From NCBI GenBank assembly GCA_035650735.1, contig DASRGZ010000115.1, positions 1-64,000 on the forward strand: a stretch of 64,000 bases of DNA. Direction: 5' to 3'. Below, in pieces: positions 52,492-64,000 of this stretch (the stretch's first letter is position 1; each line of letters opens with the position of its first letter). The position numbers and the translations under genes are program-made. The notes beneath the pieces are model-generated. The model was not told the origin of the DNA, did no database searches, and saw nothing but the letters and a program-made list of their open reading frames with translations. This DNA comes from Chthonomonadaceae bacterium. Lineage in GTDB: Bacteria; Armatimonadota; Chthonomonadetes; Chthonomonadales; Chthonomonadaceae.

Positions 52492-53487
52492 ATGGCCACC
52501 TACTATAACTCGGATGCCGCCGCCCGCGCCGCGCGACTGTTTCAGATCGTGACTCTGGTTGCTTCCCGCAGACCGGGCGAGCGGATCGGGCGCGAACAGC
52601 TTGCGGAGGCGTGTGAGTGCACCATCAAGACTATTCAGCGGGATATCCGATGTCTGCAAGAGGCGCAGGTTCCCCTGGAGTATGACGTCCTTGCGCGCAC
52701 CTATACCCTGCCCGTCCGAGGATGGGCCTATCCCGTCGTCAAGATGACCGCGACCGATGCCATGGCCCTTGCCATTGCACGCGGCCTGCTGGTCAATACG
52801 CCCTCCGCGCTGCCCTTTGCCTCGGAGATTGCGACGGCACTGGAGAAGGTCACGGCGGGATTGACTCCAGCCCTGCGCGCCCTGCTGGAGGCGGCTTCCC
52901 GCGCGCTGACCGAGCACGGAGGCACCGCGCGCGACTATTCTCACGCCCCGGTCGGGCGGCTGCTGGAAGCTATCGCCCTGCGCCAGACGGTGGAGATGCT
53001 CTACGAAAGCCGCAGCAGCCACACCACGGAACGCCGCGCCGTAGACCCCTACCGCCTCGACCGGCGGGACGGGCGCTATTTTGAGCTCCAAGCTTGGTGC
53101 CATCGGCGGCAGCAGGTGCGCACCTTTGCCCTCGACCGTATCTCCGACGTTCGCCTGACGGGACAGGTCTTCACGCCGCATCCCTGGGATGAGAGCGACG
53201 AAGGGGTTGTCAGCGGTTTACGTGGCGGCGCGCTCATCCCCGTAGAGGTGCGCTTTGATGCGCGGGTTGCGGCCTATGCGCGGGAACGGCGCTGGGGCTT
53301 CACGCCAACCTTTGAGAATCAGGAGGATGGTTCGGTCATCCTGCGCGGGGTGGCGCGTGGCACGGACGGCATCCTGCAAGAACTGCTGGCGTGGAAGCGG
53401 TTTGCCCAGGTGCTCGGCGGGCCGGAACTTCGCGCCGCCATGCAGCAAGAGATACGCGCGATGGTAGCGTTGTATGAGGAGACTTAA
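52492..53487 (+). CDS. HTH-WYL-WCX transcriptional regulator (PafB/PafC/DriD-like architecture)
   Basis: N-terminal wHTH (LAEACECTIKTIQRDI); WYL domain (RAVDPYRL..YFELQAWCH..VRTFALDRI); C-terminal QVLGGPELR. Confidence 0.92.
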   Translation: MATYYNSDAAARAARLFQIVTLVASRRPGERIGREQLAEACECTIKTIQRDIRCLQEAQVPLEYDVLARTYTLPVRGWAYPVVKMTATDAMALAIARGLLVNTPSALPFASEIATALEKVTAGLTPALRALLEAASRALTEHGGTARDYSHAPVGRLLEAIALRQTVEMLYESRSSHTTERRAVDPYRLDRRDGRYFELQAWCHRRQQVRTFALDRISDVRLTGQVFTPHPWDESDEGVVSGLRGGALIPVEVRFDARVAAYARERRWGFTPTFENQEDGSVILRGVARGTDGILQELLAWKRFAQVLGGPELRAAMQQEIRAMVALYEET

Positions 53488-53554
53488 GTCCTTGTTGCGA
53501 CAAATAAATTATCCCAAATTTATAAAAAATTTACCAAAAAGCTAACCAAAAGGC

Positions 53555-53583
53555 TTGACAGGGGGGGTGAGCTTTGTGATAAT
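53555..53583 (+). promoter_or_regulatory. Sigma70 promoter candidate
   Basis: TTGACA-N17-GATAAT preceded by an AT-rich tract. Confidence 0.65.
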
Positions 53584-53644
53584 GCGCTTGCCAGCTTTGA
53601 TAGAGGGTGTAAGTCGCAAATCAACACAAATAGGAGGAGATCGC

Positions 53645-54159
53645 ATGAAACGAATCGTACTCTCTAGTGTTTCTCTCGCACTCATCTTGGCAGGTGCCCT
53701 GCTCAGCAAACCGGCAAGCGCCGATAGCGTATCCTTATCAGCACTTCCATCGTCGGGTACCGTACCCCTCGATGTGACGTTGACCAATGCGGTGACTTGG
53801 AGCTACCCGAACCAGACTTGGAATGGCTATACGCTCTACTATAGCTATAATGGTGGAACCTTCAATCGCTGGGTTCAGCGAACATTCAATCCTCCTCGAA
53901 CGAGCGGCTCTGCCACAGTGTACATTTTCATTACCGTAACTCAAGTTGCTACCTTGCCTCTTCGAGAAGGCAAACGGTGATGCAAAAGCCGGTTTCCAGA
54001 GCGATTCTCTCTCAAACGTGTTCCTAGGTAGCAACTTGGGTTACCGTAACCTCGGCTGGTGCTTATACGTTCTATGCAGATGATTGGGGCAATGCGGATA
54101 ATTTTCCCGGCTACTGGCATATGCTGACAAACAATGCGTACGTCACGGCCACCAATTAG
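53645..54159 (+). pseudogene. Small secreted beta-rich protein disrupted by a MITE
   Basis: Signal peptide ending ASA|D. Removing the MITE and one TSD restores ..YIFITVTSAGAYTFYADDWGNADNFPGYWHMLTNNAYVTATN*. Confidence 0.85.
53939..54041. mobile_element. 103-bp MITE (family M1), copy 3
   Basis: Same sequence as copy 2; flanking duplication TACCGTA. Confidence 0.92.
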
Positions 54160-54195
54160 TGATCTCGCAACATACCATTAGCGTCTCCACATACT

Positions 54196-54230
54196 CTGGA
54201 TGGGGAAGAGCTTGCCTCCTCCCCATCCAG
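54196..54230. terminator. Hairpin between the small secreted gene and the STN-like gene
   Basis: CTGGATGGGGA..TCCCCATCCAG 11-bp stem. Confidence 0.55.
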
Positions 54231-54328
54231 TTGTTGGCAATTCGGCTCCCTAAGATTGAGGCCCGTAAGACTGTTGTAGTCTTCTTCCTCGCCTCAATCT
54301 TGATGCCTACGCGATAGAGGTAATAGTT

Positions 54329-56104
54329 ATGAACCGAGGTTCTTCCACCTTTCTCGTTTCTTGCATGGTCTTGTCTCTGCTACCCTGTTTAGCCTCCGGT
54401 GCCATGTCAGGCGTTCCAGCTTCCTCCTCTCTTGCCCTTCAGACAGACAATCCTATGGCGGCAGATGCGCGTCTTCAGCGACAGGTAACGGTCGAGGAGA
54501 CGGGGATCGCCCTGGATGCGCTGCTCCAAAAACTCAGCGCTAAAGACCTCACTCTCACCTGTAGCCGGTCGTGCGCTTCTCAGAAGCTGCAAGTACGGCT
54601 AGTAGGGCGTCCCCTGCGAACGCTCCTGGAGGCTCTGGCCCAACTGCTGCCGGGAGCCTGGGAACCGCTGCCTGACAAGCAGGGCTATCGGCTGGAGATG
54701 AGCGCGCAAGCCGTGCATCGGCGAGAGGAATGGTGGCGGCTGTTCCTAGCGGAACGCCAGGCGGCGCTGGCGGCTCAATCGGCTTTTCTTCTGGCGGAGA
54801 TGCGCGCGACGCCTAACGAGAGGCCGGAAACGGTGCAAGGGCTGCGCGAGGGCATTCCCTACCCGGAAAGCAAGCGGGAATTCTTCAACGCGCTTCCCGG
54901 CAACCTGCAAGAGCGAATCGCAAGCCAGATAAATGATACTCCCTTCTATACCCTCGGTATGGCGGAGTTCACCGCGAATGATAACGAAGGCGCGATCCTC
55001 GTCAACCTCAATGATCTGCCTGCGCAAGCTCAGCAAATTGCAAGGAAGCTATATCCCAACCTGCCGGCAGATACGTTGGCTCAGTTCACCAATGGCACCT
55101 TCACTCTAGGCGTGGATTTTATCGGACCGGATGGGCAGGGCGCCGGTGGAGTGGATTTGCAATGCGCCAACACGCCCGCAATGAGCCGGCTCTGGCTGGA
55201 TCAAACGCAATTGGTCCAGGAGGTACATCGCCTGGGGCGCGCGGCCCCGACGACATGGAAGCAACTGGCAGCCTATCAGGAGAGCCGGTTCTGGGAGAAT
55301 GCGCCGCCCATGGAGCCGCTTCCGCAGCGTTTTCCGCCTCCCAACCGCGCGGATGTCCTGCGATGGCTGGCCGATCAAGCACACATTGAGTTTGTTGCCG
55401 ATTACTACTCCCTGCCCGGTATTACCCTTCCTGGTGAGATGCAACAACGGCTAACGCGCCCGGTTGAGGAGGAACTTAACTTCCGCGCCGCCCAGCTAGA
55501 TAGCAGTTGGAAACGGGTCGGGGATATTTATCTCCTGCGCGATAACCGCTGGTACCGCGATGACTATCTGGAAGTGCCTGCGCCGCTGGCCCAGAAATGG
55601 CTGGCCCAGCGTGCGGCCTCCAAGCAACAGGCCGGCCCGGCGAGCCGGGCAAAGCAATCGCCTATTCCCGCGCAACTTGAGTGGGAAGCCGCTTTTGCCG
55701 GTCAGCTCACACGCTGGCAGATAGCCAACGGCCTGAAGTGGTTAAGGCCCGAGGAATCGCACTCGGATTCCGATCCCAAACAACCGACGCCGGCAGTGCC
55801 CCTCTCTCCGCGCGCCATGTTTCCTTTCTACTCGGATGCGGATGAAACCCTGCACGAGTACAATCTGGCCCGGTTCTATGCAAGTCTTGATTCTGATGCC
55901 CGCGCCGCCCTCCTGGAAAAGCGCCTTGCCTTCGCGTCGCTCACGCCTGAGCAGAAGCAGCAGGCGCTCTTCCTGACGCCAACACTGCGCGCCGCATTAG
56001 CAGCAAACCAGGCGAAACCTGTTATGCTCGGCGTGGAAGATAAAAGCCTCCTCGGTCGCAAGATCAGCCTGGTCTTTTCTGTTCCCAATTCACCGGCGCA
56101 GTAA
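54329..56104 (+). CDS. Large exported protein with STN/secretin-N-like domains (paralog of 925-2580)
   Basis: Signal peptide; DARLQRQVTV..LDALLQKLS; second block VLRWLADQAHIEFVADYY; ASLTPEQKQ. Confidence 0.75.
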   Translation: MNRGSSTFLVSCMVLSLLPCLASGAMSGVPASSSLALQTDNPMAADARLQRQVTVEETGIALDALLQKLSAKDLTLTCSRSCASQKLQVRLVGRPLRTLLEALAQLLPGAWEPLPDKQGYRLEMSAQAVHRREEWWRLFLAERQAALAAQSAFLLAEMRATPNERPETVQGLREGIPYPESKREFFNALPGNLQERIASQINDTPFYTLGMAEFTANDNEGAILVNLNDLPAQAQQIARKLYPNLPADTLAQFTNGTFTLGVDFIGPDGQGAGGVDLQCANTPAMSRLWLDQTQLVQEVHRLGRAAPTTWKQLAAYQESRFWENAPPMEPLPQRFPPPNRADVLRWLADQAHIEFVADYYSLPGITLPGEMQQRLTRPVEEELNFRAAQLDSSWKRVGDIYLLRDNRWYRDDYLEVPAPLAQKWLAQRAASKQQAGPASRAKQSPIPAQLEWEAAFAGQLTRWQIANGLKWLRPEESHSDSDPKQPTPAVPLSPRAMFPFYSDADETLHEYNLARFYASLDSDARAALLEKRLAFASLTPEQKQQALFLTPTLRAALAANQAKPVMLGVEDKSLLGRKISLVFSVPNSPAQ

Positions 56105-56168
56105 TCTAGTAATCAGGGCCAATCGTCGAGAAGACAATACAGGCCGCAAACTTTGTTTATCTTCTTGC

Positions 56169-56221
56169 TGCCAGGGACAGGAGGTTGTCCCTGGCTTTTT
56201 GTTATCATCGGAGTCCTGCCG
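56169..56221 (+). promoter_or_regulatory. 53-bp palindromic promoter/operator element, copy 1
   Basis: GCCAGGGACA-GGAGGT-TGTCCCTGGC, then TGTTATCAT; 48/53 identical to 59473-59525. Confidence 0.65.
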
Positions 56222-56332
56222 CCTCCGCCGGTTGTCACAGTTTTTTCTCCTGGTTTCTAGTTATGGCGTAATGTGCTTGAGTCCAGCATCTAATAAGTGG
56301 AACTATATTTGCTCAGGAGGCAGGAAGACGCG

Positions 56333-57181
56333 ATGAAGGCTGAGGGGAACGAGCGCATAACGGTCAAGGAAGTGGCCCGGCTGTTGAGTTGCTCGGTGAC
56401 CGGGGTTCGCTACTGGATACGCAAGGGATATCTGACCCTGCACAGGCCGCCAGGGCGGACAAAAGGGCGTCCCGCATGGCTATTGATATCGGAGGTGCGC
56501 GCCTTTGCCGCCCAGCGTGAGCGGGAACGGCAACGGCAGTACCGCTGGCTGCGCAACCGCCGTGTTCAACCGCTGACGGCGGGGCTCAGGCAGGAGGAGC
56601 GGTTTATTACCCTCAAGGAGGCGGCGGCGCTGCTTAGGGTGACACTGGATCGTGCCGCCAAGCTCGCCCGAGAGCGCAAGCTGCCGACGTATCGTCCTAC
56701 GGAAGGCCATTTCAAGTACCTGCTGCCGTTGCGCGCTGTTGAAACTCTTCGCGAAGATCCCCACTATTTGCGTGATCGGGCGGAGTGGGAGAACCGTCAC
56801 GGGCGCAAGGGCAGGGGGCCGGGTGGGGAGGTGCTGGACGGCACGCCTGCCGAGGAAGAGGCCGAGTGGCTGACGGCGGAGCAGGTGGGGCATCGGCTGG
56901 GGATAAGTTATCAGCGGGTCTATTGTCTGCGCCGTTCGGGGCGGCTGCCTGCGGTGCGTTGCCGACGCTTGGGCAACCCGAACGGCCCGCTGTGGCGTTT
57001 TCATAGGGATGCCATACAGGCGCTCCTGGACGACCCGAAATACCAGCAAGACCGGGCCAAATATCAGAAGGCCGAAGCGACGACGTTTAACAAGCAGGTG
57101 GAGTGGACGCTGCGCGTCAACGGCTGGGATCGCACCGACCATGAGTGGGGTTATGAAGGCTGGCCGGGCGGTATCTGGTAG
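56333..57181 (+). CDS. Protein with three tandem HTH_17 (excisionase/MerR-like) domains
   Basis: ITVKEVARLLSCS..IRKGYL, ITLKEAAALLRVT..ARERKL and LTAEQVGHRLGIS..RRSGRL; AGGAGG RBS. Confidence 0.85.
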   Translation: MKAEGNERITVKEVARLLSCSVTGVRYWIRKGYLTLHRPPGRTKGRPAWLLISEVRAFAAQRERERQRQYRWLRNRRVQPLTAGLRQEERFITLKEAAALLRVTLDRAAKLARERKLPTYRPTEGHFKYLLPLRAVETLREDPHYLRDRAEWENRHGRKGRGPGGEVLDGTPAEEEAEWLTAEQVGHRLGISYQRVYCLRRSGRLPAVRCRRLGNPNGPLWRFHRDAIQALLDDPKYQQDRAKYQKAEATTFNKQVEWTLRVNGWDRTDHEWGYEGWPGGIW

Positions 57182-57274
57182 ATAAATGGTGGGACGCCAA
57201 GAGGAAAGTCATGCTATAGGGCGTATAAGCTGGTAACTGGTAAATCGACTCTAACTCTGCGAAAGGAGAATGCG

Positions 57275-57724
57275 ATGAAGCTTCCTGGAATGCTCCTGGT
57301 TCTTACGCTTGTCAACTTGATGCTCGTTTCGATCCTGTTGGCGCGCGGTCAGAAAGCCGACGCCCGCAACGAATTGTCGGTCCTTCGTGGCCGGGCGCTG
57401 GAGATCGTGGATGATCAAGGCAGGGTCCGTGCGAGCATCAACATCTTCCCAACAGATCCTAAATTCAAGACAGCGGACGGCAAACCGTATCCAGAGACTG
57501 TTCTGCTTCGCCTGATCAACTCCAACGGCGCTCCCAACGTCAAGCTCAGCGCTTCCAACGATGGCGCGGCGCTCGGTCTGGGAGGCGCCTCCAATCCCAC
57601 TTACATTCAAGTGATTGCCGCCGGGGACGAAACGTTTGTAAATATGACAAACAAGGACGGAAAGAAACAGACGTTGAAGCCTGGAAGGAGAAACGGACCA
57701 ACTCCCTATTTCCCCCGCCGATAA
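57275..57724 (+). CDS. Hypothetical exported protein
   Basis: AAGGAG RBS; hydrophobic N-terminus; LRGRALEIVDDQGRVRA motif. Confidence 0.75.
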   Translation: MKLPGMLLVLTLVNLMLVSILLARGQKADARNELSVLRGRALEIVDDQGRVRASINIFPTDPKFKTADGKPYPETVLLRLINSNGAPNVKLSASNDGAALGLGGASNPTYIQVIAAGDETFVNMTNKDGKKQTLKPGRRNGPTPYFPRR

Positions 57725-58054
57725 CAGACGAACTTTGCAAGCAGAGGCGCGGTGGGAGTAGCCCGTTTGACCTCTAAGTAACCTTGGGTTTTGAGGTGGA
57801 TCGCCCCCTCGGCAGCAGGCTGGCGCGGAGCAGATCCAATGTCCCACGTCCACAAACCGCGTCCGGTGGTAGAAGCTGCCCGCGTGAGTTTAGTTATCGG
57901 GGTTGGCTGAGCGAAACGGAGGGACACATCATCGTACACAAACAGGAAAAGTGGGAAAGTCAAAAAGGCCAACATGGGGATGCGCTTTCGGACATGCATA
58001 AGAAACCGAGGAGTTATGTGGTCACCGATCCATTCCATACGTACCTACTGAGAA

Positions 58055-58840
58055 TCAGGCACGTTCGGCACTGACGGCAATTGTGGTGCGGGTGCGATAG
58101 GAAAGGCGAGGATCCTCCAGACATTCCCCTAATCGCGCGACCTTGGCTGCGACCGGGGGGTGTGTCTGCGTTAGGGAAGCGGCTAACTGTTGGAAAGAGA
58201 TCTGATGGAACCGGGCTTCCGCACTGCCTCCTACGACGGTACGGGCGCGGCGCGTCATACGGGTAACCTGAAAGCCAACACGCTTCGCTAGCGCCCCAAG
58301 GTGTTGCCCTAATCGCACGTCCATCCCGCGTTCAGCATACACCCAAAGGACATCCTGTATTCCTTGCTCGCAGGTCGAGCGCAGGGGTTCCGGTGTGCCT
58401 GCATCCACTTGCCAGGTCGAGAAGTCCGACTCCTCGACCAGTAAAACGCCTCCCGGCTTGAGCGTAGACAGCACCTTGGAGAAGATGCGTTCGTGTTGCT
58501 CCTGGGGGACATGGATGAGGACATGGCGCATATGCGCCAGATCGAAGGTCTGCGGCGGCAGGGCATCCTCGACAATGTCATGTCGCCACACTTCGCACCG
58601 CTCCGAGTCCAGGAGATGAGGCTGCACATCGGTAGCCACGACCCGTCCCTCTTTCCCCACCTGGTCGGCCAGCCAGTAAGCGATGGAACCGGCCCCGGCG
58701 CCAATCTCCAGGCAGTTCCACCCCGCTCCGACGCCCAAGGTAATTAACTGCTCCAGGGTGCAGGCATCTTCTATTTGCTCCAGAGCCTGCAGACGCGCGA
58801 GCGCAACAACGTGTTCATTTGGATAGAGATAGTCTGTCAT
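58055..58840 (-). CDS. Class I SAM-dependent methyltransferase
   Basis: CLEIGAGAGS, FDLAHMR and LKPGG motifs. Confidence 0.88.
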   Translation of the reverse strand: MTDYLYPNEHVVALARLQALEQIEDACTLEQLITLGVGAGWNCLEIGAGAGSIAYWLADQVGKEGRVVATDVQPHLLDSERCEVWRHDIVEDALPPQTFDLAHMRHVLIHVPQEQHERIFSKVLSTLKPGGVLLVEESDFSTWQVDAGTPEPLRSTCEQGIQDVLWVYAERGMDVRLGQHLGALAKRVGFQVTRMTRRARTVVGGSAEARFHQISFQQLAASLTQTHPPVAAKVARLGECLEDPRLSYRTRTTIAVSAERA

Positions 58841-58905
58841 GTTGCGATACTCATGCTGTCCCGTCTTGCTCTAACCAAGCCCTGGCTCTCTTGCCACCCA
58901 GGACA

Positions 58906-59277
58906 CTACCTCCGCAGAGGCGCGAACTCCGGGCCGGTGTACAATTGCCACAGAATCGGAGCCGACAGACCGGCGGTCAGGATCACCGGAAGGGCCAAGA
59001 GCACCCACCAGACCAGGCGCTTACGCGCCTGTTTGGCTTGCCCTTCTTTCCCGGAGTGCATACAGACCCCCGCCACAAGGCCCGCCACAGCGCCCAGGAT
59101 AGGAGCGCCTGGGATCGTGATAATTCCAATATTCATGTATTCGGGGGATCCCGCGAGCGGAAAGAGTTTGATCACGAGGACCACCACGCCATTGACCAAG
59201 AAGAACCAGGAGACCGCTCCGAGGAGGATAGTCTCCAGCACCCGAAGCAGCCACCGCATATCCGAGGATGCTTGCAT
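58906..59277 (-). CDS. Small membrane protein (three TM helices)
   Basis: AGGAGG RBS before MQASSD; hydrophobic segments. Confidence 0.65.
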   Translation of the reverse strand: MQASSDMRWLLRVLETILLGAVSWFFLVNGVVVLVIKLFPLAGSPEYMNIGIITIPGAPILGAVAGLVAGVCMHSGKEGQAKQARKRLVWWVLLALPVILTAGLSAPILWQLYTGPEFAPLRR

Positions 59278-59472
59278 GGAATCCCTCCTGGGCCGCGCCG
59301 GACTAGCCCTTATACGAACACCGCCACTCTGCCTGTTGCGCGCGCTGCTGGGCAGCCGCACAGGGCGAACCTTGCCTACAAATTCCTGGCTCCTGCGAAA
59401 ACTCCTGCTTGGTCGGCAAGCCTCTCCTCGCGATTTAGAGGACATGAGGAATTTAAATCTTGAGAGGCAGAA

Positions 59473-59525
59473 TGCCAGGGACAGGGTGTTGTCCCTGGCT
59501 TTGTGTTATCATAAGAGTCCTGCCG
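59473..59525 (+). promoter_or_regulatory. 53-bp palindromic promoter/operator element, copy 2
   Basis: GCCAGGGACA-GGGTGT-TGTCCCTGGC, then TGTTATCAT; upstream of the NTase-uvrA operon. Confidence 0.65.
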
Positions 59526-59710
59526 TCGCAAGGGTGTGGCAGGGTTCAGCCTGCCTCACGGTCGCACCTGCGCAAAAAGGATTTTCCGCCTTTGGAAAAC
59601 GCGCGGGAGTGTGCAACTTAACGGCAGCGCCATCTGTCAAGAATCAAGCGTGCCAACCACTCAGGTTCTAGAACCTCCTGTTCCCCGTGCAGGCAAGGAG
59701 ACAGACAGCC

Positions 59711-60639
59711 ATGCAGACGACGACGGAGAACGTCCAACAACGCTTTGCCGAGGCGCTCGAATCGTTTGTGGCGCGGGTCAAGCAAGACCCCTATGTGATC
59801 GCGGCCCTGCTCTTCGGCAGCCTGGCCTACGATCAGGTCTGGGAGAAGTCGGATATTGATATCATCCTCGTCGGCAAGGACGAGCGCAAGCCGGAGCGCT
59901 CCTACGCCCTGGTCGAGAACGGCATCAATATCCATATCATTATGCTCTCCCGCAGCAAGTTCAAGCAGGCCCTGGAAGGCTCCCTGCAAAGCTCCTTCTT
60001 CCACTCCTCCTTCTCCAAAAGCACCTTACTTTTTTCCAGAGACGAGTCCCTCCGAGAGTATTACGACAACGTGAAGCGCGTTGGAGCGCGCGACAGGGAG
60101 ATGCAACTGCTGCGTACCAGCGGCGGCACGATCTACTCCCTGGCGAAGGCGGAGAAGTGGTTCTATGTCAAGCGCGACCTGGAGTACAGCTTCCTCTGGA
60201 TTCTCTACACGGTGGACAGCCTGGCAAAGATCGAAGTACTGCTCCACAGCGAAGTGACCGGGCGCGAGGTCATTCAGCAGGCGCTCCAGATCAATCCCGA
60301 CCTCTTCCATGCGCTCTATACCGACCTTATACACGGGCCGAAGACCGCGCAGGCCATTCAGGAGGCCCTGGATCGCATCAACGGCTACCTGGACGAGAAG
60401 GCGATGCTCCTGTTCCGGCCCATCCTGGACTATCTGGCCGAGTCGGGCGGCGCTCGCTCTGCCACCGAGATTGACGAGTACTTCAAGAAGAGGGCGCAAA
60501 CCGAAACGCTGTCTTTTGTGTGTGAGTGGCTGGCGGACAAGGACATTATCCGCAAGGTGTCCGCTCCGCTCTTCCTGACCGAAAAGAGCCGTGTCGCCGT
60601 CGAAGAGGCGGCCTACTACTATGATGGAGGCGAGAGATA

Positions 60640-60640
<1 letters not shown>
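59711..60640 (+). CDS. Pol-beta-superfamily nucleotidyltransferase-domain protein with a helical middle region and possible C-terminal winged helix
   Basis: [18 protein letters not shown] (GS..DxD motif); C-terminal ILDYL..SATEI..CEWL..IIRK. Confidence 0.8.
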
Positions 60641-63504
<2,864 letters not shown>

Positions 63505-63643
63505 ACATCGCTGCCCGACCAATCGTCGCAGGGGACGAGCCGCCAGCCATGCTTGTGTAGAGCAGTAAGGTTCTTCAGGCGGCTCACCCCTGAACTCGGT
63601 AGTTATGCAGCAGGGATTAAGTCAGCGAGAGGGGACATTTCCG

Positions 63644-64000
63644 ATGAGCGATGACTTGCAGAGAGCCAGGAAGCAGAAGACCGCTATAGCCCCCATGCTC
63701 TCGGTGCGAAACGGGGCGCGTGCGGTCGAGTTCTACAAGGTGGCGTTCGGAGCCGAGGAGGTATTCCGCATCGAAAGCGAGGATGGGCACATGGTTGCTC
63801 GGTTGTCCGTGCGGGGAGCTGAATTCTGGCTTGCCGACGAGTCTCCGGAGTATTTCAACTTCAGCCCCGAGTCGCTCGGTGGCGGCTCTGTGCGGATGGT
63901 GATGACCGTGGAAGACCCGGATGCCTCTTTCGAACGGGCTGTCGCAGCAGGGGCTACCAAAGTTTGGCCCGTCAGCAATCAGCACGGTTGGCGCTTAGGA
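63644..64000 (+). CDS. VOC/glyoxalase-bleomycin resistance (PhnB-like) protein, partial
   Basis: IAPMLSVRNGARAVEFYKVAFGAEE..VEDPDASFERAVAAGA; runs off the window edge. Confidence 0.85.
   Translation, partial: MSDDLQRARKQKTAIAPMLSVRNGARAVEFYKVAFGAEEVFRIESEDGHMVARLSVRGAEFWLADESPEYFNFSPESLGGGSVRMVMTVEDPDASFERAVAAGATKVWPVSNQHGWRLG

Noticed and set aside
57784..58074. 96-aa ORF between the hypothetical and methyltransferase genes
   Set aside because: No RBS or recognisable motif, and it overlaps the convergent gene end; it may be a remnant but cannot be supported.

Overview
GC-rich bacterial chromosome segment. The protein families suggest an Armatimonadota-like organism (inference, not checked). 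Positions ~2.5-44.5 kb are mostly core-like genes. These include an aminotransferase, a PSD1/cytochrome-c protein, DUF4139, an ECF sigma/anti-sigma pair, an FhaA-PP2C-Ser/Thr kinase-HEAT signalling cluster, a SAM-I riboswitch with metK, sugar enzymes, a two-component pair, rnz, tRNA-Gly(CCC), tRNA-Cys(GCA) and an M20 peptidase, interspersed with REP-like palindromes. From ~44.5 kb the region is accessory. It holds nested IS3/IS481/IS21 debris, an orphan HINT-toxin tip with a putative immunity gene, PadR/HAAS, an HTH-WYL regulator, a triple-HTH protein, and a nucleotidyltransferase-domain gene translationally coupled to a divergent uvrA, followed by a VOC gene. Main candidate system: two near-identical 53-bp promoter elements (perfect GCCAGGGACA-N6-TGTCCCTGGC palindrome plus extended -10) precede the triple-HTH gene and the NTase-uvrA operon, downstream of the WYL gene, suggesting a WYL-controlled DNA-damage module. 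Also seen: two short MITE families with target-site duplications (103 bp x3, 82 bp x2) and two paralogous 'small secreted protein - hairpin - large STN-like protein' cassettes, both inactivated. No CRISPR array or rRNA was found. All product calls come from motif recognition only; no database searches were run.
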